Made by a program: the position numbers and the translations under genes
The notes under the pieces: model-generated
Databases searched by the model: none
What the model was told of the DNA's origin: nothing
The model's input: only the letters and a program-made list of their open reading frames with translations
NCBI RefSeq assembly: GCF_001194135.2
Contig: NC_068992.1
Location: 9,239,593-9,303,592 of the forward strand
Source: Octopus bimaculoides
Taxonomy: Eukaryota
Direction: 5' to 3'
Length of the DNA stretch: 64,000 bases
Part shown: piece after piece, positions 55,150 through 64,000 of the stretch
Layout: every line of letters begins with the position of its first letter
Numbering within the stretch: position 1 is the stretch's first letter

Positions 55150-55505
55150 ATTTTGACCGCCACCGACTTGGTAGCAGGGTTATGAAGGAAGTTATCTTCA
55201 TTTAACCGTCATCCTTTAAATCTTAAGAAGGTCTTGCAGACTTTTTATAGTCCCACATATTATAATCATCTGTAGTGCATGAATTAAGGATTTTCGTTCT
55301 TTCCTCAAGATCTCACGTTCAGTTATACTTTGCTCCAGACGGGTTGGTATGCATCCTGTTGCTCCAGTAATAATAGGTATGAAGCTGAAAGTGTAACTTG
55401 GGTACTGAATTTTCAAACTGCTTATCAATGTTCTCTTTCTCTTGCATTTCTCTAACCACATTTGTGTTCAAAGGACAGCGGATTTTCACTACAAAACATC
55501 TTTTG
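55150..55505 (-). mobile_element. REL-type LINE (second family) C-terminus and 3' end
   Basis: CFVVKIRCPLNTNVV...EKENI; YPSYTFSFIPIITGATG...LQMIIICGTIK. Confidence 0.65.
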
Positions 55506-55534
55506 TTTGTATGCATTATATAAGTATGTATATA

Positions 55535-55705
55535 AGACAGCGAGCTGGCGCAATCGTTAGCATGCCGGGCAAAATGCTTAGTGGGATATCGTCTGTCTTT
55601 ACGTTCTGAGTTCAGATTACGTCGAGGTCGCACTGGGGTCGATTTAACAGACTATCCGCCCTCCCCAACATTTCAGGCCTTGTGCCTATAGTAGAAATGA
55701 TTATG
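55535..55705 (+). mobile_element. SINE family A copy with internal deletion
   Basis: gcgagctggcgcaatcgttagc...gagttcag...gaggtcg, joined directly to cactggggtcgat...tttcaggccttgtgcctatagtagaaa. Confidence 0.8.
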
Positions 55706-56085
55706 TAAGTAAGTATATNNNNNNNNNNTATAATTGTGAGAGGGAGCTGAGTAGCACCTATATTGCTAGAATTAAGAGTTAAAACCCTTAACAGTGCTTA
55801 AAGCGCACATTTATATACACTGACAGGGGAGATAACCGTCACACGAGTATGTATGTGTGTATGTACGTGCGTTTGTACACATGTATTCATATATGTAGTT
55901 CTGAATGTTTATGTATGAATGTTTATATATGTACGCATGTTTCTGTATGTATGTATGTATGTATGTATGTATGTATGTATGTATGCATGCATGCTTATAT
56001 GTATGTATGCATATAGGTATGCTTGTATGGATGTATGTGTATATGTATGAAAGTACGGATGAATGGTTATATATGGATGTTTGCG

Positions 56086-56132
<47 letters not shown>

Positions 56133-57167
56133 GCATATTTTTGAATGTACATATATATCTATGTACGTATGTATGTATGTATGTATGTATGCATGTATAT
56201 GTATGTATGTATGTTTGTATGTATGTATGTATGTATGCATGTATGCATTCATGCATGTACGTTTGCGTATCTATATATGTATCACGTGGATATGTGTATG
56301 TATATGTCTGCGTGCATTTATGTGTATTAGAATATTTACATACATAAGTGTTGGTATGACTGTTCAAAGGAATCGAGTTAGATAATTCATTCTACAATAT
56401 CGAGTTTGAAATTCTTCCCAGTGGAGTATGTCATTAAAATTTAATACGCAGTAGAAATATGGCGTATGAATTCCTATGATAGCCATTTCTGGCTTAATTT
56501 AGGAAATATGGTAAATGGGAATTTCTAGCGTATGCTGTATATTTACACAAGCTAAAATACTTGAGCGTTGCCCGGAAAATACCTGACGTTTCCTGTTCCA
56601 ATACATTTGCAGTCTCTACTTGAGATTTATTAATGACTACAGTTTCCGCTATCTTCGTTGCTAAAGTTCCGGAGAACAGTAGGTAGCTGGATCATTAGAA
56701 AATCGTATTAAATGTAGTAGTATTTAGTTAAGTCACTTAATGTTAGGAATTCACATCACACAGGGTTTGAATTTTCTTTCATTCTTCTAAGGGTCGATAA
56801 AATAAGTAGTAAAGTTCATTCAAATCGATCAAATCCTGATTCCCTATAAATGTCTGGCTCTTTGCCAAAGTAAGTAACCATTATTAGTTACGAGGGTGTC
56901 TTTATTATTTTATGCTTGTTACACAAATTCGTTTTTTTTTTTTTTATATATTTCGCTTCAATATTCGATGTTACCTGATTCAATTAGCGCAATCATTAAT
57001 GTTAGAAATCAAACTACAGCTTATATGGAAATAAAAAGTACGGAATGAAATAAAAAGAATAACATATTGCTGACTTTGCTTCGAAGTGAAATGGTTATCA
57101 AAATGCATTGGTTTAAACAAAGGACTTTCGATACAATGAAAGCCGCCAGTTCGATAAATATTGACTG

Positions 57168-57209
<42 letters not shown>

Positions 57210-57620
57210 NNNNNNNNNNNNNNNNNNNNNNNNNNNNNNNNNNNNNNNNNNNNNNNNNNNNNNNNNNNNNNNNNNNNNNNNNNNNNNNNNNNNNNNNNNN
57301 NNNNNNNNNNNNNNNNNNNNNNNNNNNNNNNNNNNNNNNNNNNNNNNNNNNNNNNNNNNNNNNNNNNNNNNNNNNNNNNNNNNNNNNNNNNNNNNNNNNN
57401 NNNNNNNNNNNNNNNNNNNNNNNNNNNNNNNNNNNNNNNNNNNNNNNNNNNNNNNNNNNNNNNNNNNNNNNNNNNNNNNNNNNNNNNNNNNNNNNNNNNN
57501 NNNNNNNNNNNNNNNNNNNNNNNNNNNNNNNNNNNNNNNNNNNNNNNNNNNNNNNNNNNNNNNNNNNNNNNNNNNNNNNNNNNNNNNNNNNNNNNNNNNN
57601 NNNNNNNNNNNNNNNNNNNN

Positions 57621-57660
<40 letters not shown>

Positions 57661-57719
57661 AATTATAAGATGTAGATATAAAGTATAAGATGTGGATATA
57701 GATTTTGAAAAGATTGAGT

Positions 57720-57728
57720 ACTTACGCC
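57720..57728 (-). promoter_or_regulatory. Candidate 5' splice donor 33 nt after the GPCR stop codon
   Basis: The minus strand reads TAG + 33 nt ending ggc|GTAAGT, a perfect +1..+6 consensus with a weak exonic part. Confidence 0.45.
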
Positions 57729-57758
57729 GTCAATATTTGCAGGATCGGTTTGAGCTGC

Positions 57759-58811
57759 CTAACCCGTACGTCTCTTCTTCTTGGTAATACACTCCAGGCA
57801 GCACAGAGCTTGATAACCACGTCGAATATCTCGATCACACAACCAAAGAATCGGATTTAGACCTGGATTAGCACTGTGTAACCATTTTGAAAGTAATGAT
57901 TGGTGAATTATGTAGATATATCCTCGTGTACACTCCCCCGTTGGACAGATGGCTGCCACAAGACTTATGGTTCGCGTAATCATTTGCATAAGGAAAAAGA
58001 ATACATCGACCAGAAGGAGAGCAACCATTGAGTTCAATAATGAACCCCGGTCGTCCCTGTCTGGCGAGCAATGTGGACAGAGAAGTACTATGACAGCAAT
58101 AAGCGTCAGTAGAAAGCTGATTACCACTAGGCCTGACGGAATGTAGCGAACTATCTGTGTCAAATGATGCATGTTGGTAGAGTCGTTAAGTTTACAACCA
58201 AACAACGAGCGATCATTTGCAAGGGGTAACGTGACATCTTGCATTATGACTTCAGGCAGTGTCATGGCCATACCAACGACCCAAGGCATGAAAACCATGA
58301 TGGCACCTATAGCGCGATGTACCGGATGGCGGTAAGTGTCCGGAGATATCAGACAGAAGAAGCGGTCAAGGTGTATTTCGAGAAGGCAAAGAGGCAAAGC
58401 ATCATTGAGGACCGACTTGGCAAAGGTGAATATTTTGCAAGTCAATTTATCAAAACGGTTTACACCTTGCACCTTCACGAACAAGGCATAGGCTAATATA
58501 ACGACACCTGTAAAGATGCTGATTAGTGTCAAATTGACTAGATGTAATCGGAAAAGTTTTTTGTCTTTTGCCTTCACACAACATAAGGCTAACAGCAGAA
58601 CGAAGTTGAGCAAGCACACACAACCAGCTATAGAGCGATCTGTGATGATGACAGTGTCTGAAGGTTGATCTGCAGTGTTGTCGAAAATGCTAAAAGGTCC
58701 ATTGTCTTTGGTTTCATATTGTGGATCGTATCGATACCGATAATCTAAATAGGTTTTGTTAAACCTAAACGGATAATATGGAGGTGGTAGCGTCCGCCTT
58801 TGATAAGACAT
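57759..58811 (-). CDS. Divergent class A (rhodopsin-like) 7TM G-protein-coupled receptor, 350 aa, uninterrupted ORF
   Basis: This is the only long non-repetitive ORF, with seven hydrophobic segments. Class A landmarks are at the correct spacing: N69 (1.50), C125 (3.25) exactly 25 residues before R150 of LDRF (3.50), W177 (4.50), C206 in ECL2, P225 (5.50), NP319-320 (7.49/7.50), helix 8 (DRDIRRGY) followed by CC337-338. There is an N-glycosylation sequon NKT at N18. No specific orthologue is recognised. Confidence 0.9.
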   Translation of the reverse strand: MSYQRRTLPPPYYPFRFNKTYLDYRYRYDPQYETKDNGPFSIFDNTADQPSDTVIITDRSIAGCVCLLNFVLLLALCCVKAKDKKLFRLHLVNLTLISIFTGVVILAYALFVKVQGVNRFDKLTCKIFTFAKSVLNDALPLCLLEIHLDRFFCLISPDTYRHPVHRAIGAIMVFMPWVVGMAMTLPEVIMQDVTLPLANDRSLFGCKLNDSTNMHHLTQIVRYIPSGLVVISFLLTLIAVIVLLCPHCSPDRDDRGSLLNSMVALLLVDVFFFLMQMITRTISLVAAICPTGECTRGYIYIIHQSLLSKWLHSANPGLNPILWLCDRDIRRGYQALCCLECITKKKRRTG

Positions 58812-58840
58812 CTGAAAGTAAAGAAAAAGAAAGTTTGTTT
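58812..58840 (-). promoter_or_regulatory. 3' splice acceptor immediately upstream of the GPCR ATG
   Basis: The minus strand reads ctttctttttctttactttcag|ATG: a polypyrimidine tract plus CAG abutting the start codon. Confidence 0.65.
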
Positions 58841-58970
58841 AATAAACAAATACATAGAAGCAAGTATTGATGGAAGAATTACATTAATATGTTTGTTTAT
58901 AATTTAACGTGATATTCATGATATATATATATATATATATATATGATATATATATATATGATATATATGG

Positions 58971-59010
<40 letters not shown>

Positions 59011-59011
59011 A

Positions 59012-59072
<61 letters not shown>

Positions 59073-59887
59073 CATACATAAATCTGTATGCATATACATA
59101 TGTACATATATATATATGTACATTTTTGTGTGCTTTGCTTGTGTTTGTCCTCCCACCATCGCTTTGACAACCGATGTAGGTGTGTTTATCCTCCGCAACT
59201 TAGCGGTTGGGTAAAAGAGACCGATAGAATAAGTAATAGGTTTAAAAAAAGAATACGTCCTGGGGTCGATTTGTTTGACTAAAGGCGGTGCTCCAGCCTG
59301 TCCGCAGTCAAATGACTGAAACAAGTAAAAGAGTAAAAGAGTTATAAAGAATATATAGATGATCTGCCATTCTTGACACGAATGCTGCCAATTAAGAAAG
59401 AAAATCTCCCGTTTTAACGAAAATCATTCAGTAGCGAAAAGTATGATTTTAAACATTAGCTGTCATAATATATGTAATTTATTTCCGACGGAAAAACACT
59501 TGAGTGACAAAAATTAAAATAACAAAGCAAGATCTTTTACAAGAAATCAATTGATTGACAACCATGAGAAATTTAGCTTTTCGTTAACTCTTTTTCTGAA
59601 GATAAATTCTTACTTAAGGAATGAAAATAGTTGTGAAAATATATTTTGGATAGAAAGTTGTCTGACGTCGTTGGTTCGAATGTGTTGGTAAAATTATTGC
59701 TTAACCCAAGGATCATTAGCAGACGCATAATGCAAAAAAAAAAAAAAAATGTTCCAGCTATGGCTATTCTGTCTTTTTAGATATCTAGTCTACATTGTCT
59801 AATGTGTCCTTCCGTTTTAAGATGAGAAGATGTAATTTGAGAAAGCTTCAGCTACTATATCAAGCCGGTCTCCCTTCGTTACGAGTA

Positions 59888-60274
59888 TTGTTGTTGTTGA
59901 CACTCCGTCGCTTACGACGTCGAGGGTTCCAGTTGATCCGATCAACGGAACAGCCTGCTCGTGAAATTAACGTGCAAGTGGCTGAGCACTCCACAGACGC
60001 ATGTACCCTTAACGTAGTTCTCGGGGATATTCAGCATGACACAGTGTGACAAGGCTGACCCTTTGGAATACAGGCACAACAGAAACAGGAAGTAAGAGTG
60101 AGAGAAAGTTGTGGTGAAAGAGTACAGCAGGGTTCACCACCATCCCCTGCCGGAGCCTCGTGGAGCTTTAGGTGTTTTCGCTCAATAAACACTCACAACG
60201 ACCGGTCTGGGAATCGAAACCACGATCCTATGACCACGTGTCCGCTGCCCTAACCACTGGGCCATTGCGCCTCC
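59888..60274 (-). mobile_element. SINE family C, full length
   Basis: Highly similar to 62574-62960; flanked by cgttacgagt (59877-86) and cgtttcgagt (60277-86). Confidence 0.9.
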
Positions 60275-60302
60275 ACCGTTTCGAGTGTATATTGATTTTA
60301 AA

Positions 60303-60688
60303 TGTATAACGCCATACTGGAGTTGAAAGTATAACGACATAGAGGAGTCAGAAGTACAATATCATTGAATAAACGACATCATATTGAAGTTAACATCTAA
60401 GAAGGACATGCTGGAATGACAACCAAGATTGAGTTGAATGTCTAACACCATCTTAGGGTCGGAGGCGCGAATTATACTGGAGTTTGGATGTGTGATGACA
60501 GATAGGAATCGGATGAAAAACGTTACGCTGGACTTAAATATGTAAAACCATACTGGAGTTGATTATAAAACGACATATTGGAGCTGAATATATAGCGCCA
60601 TATTGGAGTTGAATGAATAACGCTACGCTAGAGTTGATTCTCTAACGTCAAGATGGAGTTGAATCCGTAACGCTATGCTGGAAGTGGG
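60303..60688. repeat. Degenerate 25-bp minisatellite
   Basis: Units resemble tgtataacgccatactggagttgaa; clearest at 60540-60688. Confidence 0.75.
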
Positions 60689-61107
60689 TGTTCAACGTAG
60701 TTAATAGATTTTATAAACTCCTTTCTATTTTGCTATTTACTCTTTGAAAGCTGATAAAAGAACGGAATTACTGAGAATGGAGAACTGATGAACTTTACAT
60801 TTGAAGCTATTTCATTCTTTACAAATAGAACCATAACAGCCACAATAATCTCTAATGCCATTAACGTTCCCTGGTGATCGATCACCTCCGAGGAAAATTT
60901 TTCAAACACCCTACACGCACGCACACACGCACACACACACGCACACACGCATACGCACACACACACACATATATGTATATATGCATGTGTAGATATATGT
61001 ATAAATATATATGCATATATTTATATATGTATATATATATAATATATATATATGTATATATACATCTATAGATATATGAATAAATATATATATTTATATG
61101 TATATGT

Positions 61108-61172
<65 letters not shown>

Positions 61173-61416
61173 NNNNNNNNNNNNNNNNNNNNNNNNNNNN
61201 NNNNNNNNNNNNNNNNNNNNNNNNNNNNNNNNNNNNNNNNNNNNNNNNNNNNNNNNNNNNNNNNNNNNNNNNNNNNNNNNNNNNNNNNNNNNNNNNNNNN
61301 NNNNNNNNNNNNNNNNNNNNNNNNNNNNNNNNNNNNNNNNNNNNNNNNNNNNNNNNNNNNNNNNNNNNNNNNNNNNNNNNNNNNNNNNNNNNNNNNNNNN
61401 NNNNNTATATGTATCT

Positions 61417-61985
61417 CGAGTGCGTTGAATAAACTGTCGTCTAAATTACGCAAAAATGAAAATAAGACTGACATCTCATTGTATCAGTTATTTTATTTTT
61501 TTTTATCAAAATTACATAAAAATATCTTGAAATAATAAAGAGTAAATTTATTCAATAAAATCGCCATTGGCTTCAACCACGGCGTCCAGGCGACTTTGGA
61601 ATCTCCTGCAGCTCTTCTGGACGGTCTCTTGGTTTAAGTTGATGAATGCTGCTGTTGATGAATCTTTGCTTTCAGTTCATCTTTGGTGTTACAAGGAACT
61701 TTGTGGGCATCTCGCTCAACTGCGCCCCACACATAATAATCAAGCGGGTTGTAGTCTGGGGAATTGGGTGACCAGATGTTAGGGGTGATGTGGTCGCATA
61801 AATTGTCTGAAAATTATGACTGAGTTCTCCTGCTTATGTAACATGATGCAGAGTCCTGTTGCCAATCACAGGGTCTTCCAGCAGCCACCCTCTTCACCCA
61901 GGGCAGCACTACCTCCTCCGGGCACTTGATGTAGGCTTCCATGTTGAGTCTGAAGCCGTGTGGGAAGATGAATGGAGGCAGCAGT
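61417..61985 (-). mobile_element. Tc1/mariner DD37D (maT-type) transposon 3' remnant
   Basis: Minus-strand translation WQQDSASCYISRRTQS*FSDNLCDHITPNIWSPNSPDYNPLDYYVWGAVE has exactly 37 residues between the second and third catalytic D. C-terminus: QKSCRRFQSRLDAVVEANG. A TIR-like sequence, cgagtgcgttgaataaa, lies at 61417. Confidence 0.85.
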
Positions 61986-62159
61986 CTTAAAAACTCTTCA
62001 AAGTGGTGCCACAGCATGGCCACAGTCCAGTGACAGACACCAGCAAAAGAATAGAAGAAAATAGAATAATGAATGATTTAATGCATTTTTGAAACGATTC
62101 AGTGAACTTTAAAGACACTTTGCGCAATCCTGGTATTCTTTTTTATCACTTCTAGAATT

Positions 62160-62500
62160 TATTTTTATATTTTTATTTAAAGAATTATTTTAATAGAACG
62201 TGACAACTTGAATGTTTTTTTTTATAAAGAAATTATGTTCATATTTGCTATAATTCGATTAATTGTTGATTCGTTCAACTGTTTCTTCGATTAATTGATT
62301 TTACGTTTTTCATAAAAAATATCTTAATAAAGCGTGACTGAATAATCTAGAAAAAAATGTTCCTATTTTCTCTAATTCAATTAAGTATTGATTCCTGCAA
62401 TCTTTTCTTCCATTAATTGTTTTTACATTTTTCATAAAAAATATTTTAATAAAACTTGACGACATAATCCTTTAAAAAAAAATTATTCTAATATTCGCTA
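62160..62500. repeat. Three degenerate AT-rich ~122-134-bp tandem units
   Basis: tta(c)Rtttttcataaaaaatat.ttaataaa.c.tgac recurs at 62301 and 62423, with a weaker copy near 62165. Confidence 0.55.
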
Positions 62501-62573
62501 TGATTGAACCGAGCGACTTCTTCGACAAACCTTATTTCGATCGACTGCGTTCGGTCAACTGTCCTCATTATTG

Positions 62574-62960
62574 GTTGTTGTTGGCACTCCGTCGCTTACG
62601 ACGTCGATGGTTCCAGTTGTTCCGATCAACAGAACAGCCTGCTCGTGAAATTAACGTGCAAGTGGCTGAGCACTCCACAGACACGTGTACCCTTAACGTA
62701 GTTCTCGGAGATATTCAGCGTGATACAGTGTGACAAGGCTGACCCTTTTGCATTACAGGCACAACAGAAACAGGAAGTAAGAGTGAGAGAAAGTTGTGGT
62801 GGAAGAGTACAGCAGGGTTCGCCACCATCCACTGCCGGAGCCTCGTGGAGCTTTTAGGTGTTCTCGCTCAATAAACACCCACAACGACCGGTCTGGGAAT
62901 CGAAACCGCAATCCTATGACCACGAGTCCGCTGCCCTAACCACTGGGCCATTGCGCCTCC
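62574..62960 (-). mobile_element. tRNA-derived SINE, family C, full length with 11-bp target-site duplication
   Basis: Head ggaggcgcaatggcccagtggttagggcagcg...ggtttcgattcc, (CAA)n tail. The TSD actgtcctcat lies at 62558-62568 and 62963-62973. Confidence 0.9.
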
Positions 62961-63043
62961 ACACTGTCCTCATATGACATAAAGAACACGATGGCCGTGA
63001 TCTGCTTTTGTATAAGTCTGCGCGGTCTGGGCCCACCTGGAGC

Positions 63044-63540
63044 GGGCGACGAACTGGCAGAGTTACTACAGCGTCACATTACATGCATTGGAGTAATCGT
63101 TTTGTCTCTCTGAGACCTGAGTTCACATCCTACTGGATGTGAACTTTATCTTTCATCCCTTCGGTGTCAATAAATAAAGTATCACCCCAGTACAGGTATT
63201 GATTCTTCTTTCAGTCTTTCTCGAGTGTATCTATGAATCAATGACCCAGTCTAGTCACCGTGTTATGCTATTTCTGCCTGAGGGTTACGTTAAGGGTACA
63301 CGTGAGTCTGTCCAATGCACAACTGCTTAATTGTTGACTTCAAGAGTAGGAGTTAAGCTGGTTGAAAAACGGAATAGTCATCAAAGGCCGACGAAGAATC
63401 CACCATGCGCTGCAATATGAGCCAAAAAAGGGAGCATCTGCGTTGACGCTCGACCTAGTAGAAATAGCAGCAAAATTTCTTTCAAATTACACGCTACCAT
63501 CTTGAAAATGGAAGGACGCATTGGATGATATAGTTCAACA
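63044..63540 (+). mobile_element. Old mosaic SINE (family A head + family C central domain + distinct tail)
   Basis: ggcgacgaactggcag head, gagttcacatcc B-box, A-type ctttcatcccttcgg, then the C-type tacgttaagggtacacgtg. The tail motif aaatagcagc..aaattacac recurs at about 48575-48617. Confidence 0.5.
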
Positions 63541-63548
63541 CTCCAGAG

Positions 63549-63972
63549 TTTATTCTTTTATTCTTTCATTTGTCTCAGTCATTTGACTGCGGCCATGCTG
63601 GAGCACCGCCATTAGTTGAACAAATCAACCTTACGACTTATTCTTTGTAAGCCTAGTACTTATTCTATCGGTCTCTTTGGCCGAACCGCTTATTTACAGG
63701 GACGTAAACACATGAACATCGGTTGTCAAGCGATGGTGGGGGACAAACACAAACAAGCACGTACATACAAACACACACACACAGACACACACATAAACAC
63801 ACACACATAAACACACACACACATATATATATATATATACACGACGGGCTTCTTTCGGGCTTTGGTCGGCCCGAGGCTATACTAGAAGACATTTGCTCAA
63901 ATTGCCACGCAGTGGGACTGAACCCAGAACTATGTGGTTGGTAAGCAAGCTACTTACCACACAGCCACTCCT
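63549..63972 (-). mobile_element. SINE family B, full-length copy
   Basis: Colinear with 17487-17892. Partial copies also lie at about 18330-18590, 23815-23960, 29395-29915, 31380-31530, 35388-35568, 45940-46110, 53815-53880 and 59125-59342. Confidence 0.88.
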
Positions 63973-64000
63973 GCGCCTATAGCCACTCCTATACACATTA

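Overview
This is AT-rich, repeat-dense eukaryotic genomic DNA from a short-read-type assembly: 19 N-gaps (about 6.4 kb), nearly all bordered by (TA)n/(CA)n. The SINE families look like those of octopus/cephalopods (inference from recalled consensus sequences, not a database hit). Only one intact protein-coding ORF is supportable: a 350-aa divergent class A (rhodopsin-like) GPCR on the minus strand (57759-58811). It has a splice acceptor directly before the ATG, a perfect donor 33 nt after the stop, loss of several canonical micro-switches, and an apparently basic ligand pocket. The rest is microsatellites and mobile-element debris: at least three or four tRNA-derived SINE families, two restriction-like-endonuclease LINE families (one R4/Dong-like, abutting (AAT)n arrays), an AP-endonuclease LINE fragment, an RTE-like fragment, Tc1 and DD37D (maT) transposase remnants, a TTAA-flanked piggyBac-type MITE, and a Penelope-like GIY-YIG remnant. 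The most notable non-coding signals are hammerhead ribozyme motifs: a near-canonical minimal type I motif at 39200-39244(-), with a truncated relative linked to the Penelope remnant, and a second form with a long helix II in a two-copy repeat (35664-35743 and 46573-46649, minus). Also notable are a 685-bp palindromic element with hammerhead-like cores in both arms and several old degenerate minisatellite arrays. Most ORFs in the supplied track are microsatellite or N-gap artefacts.
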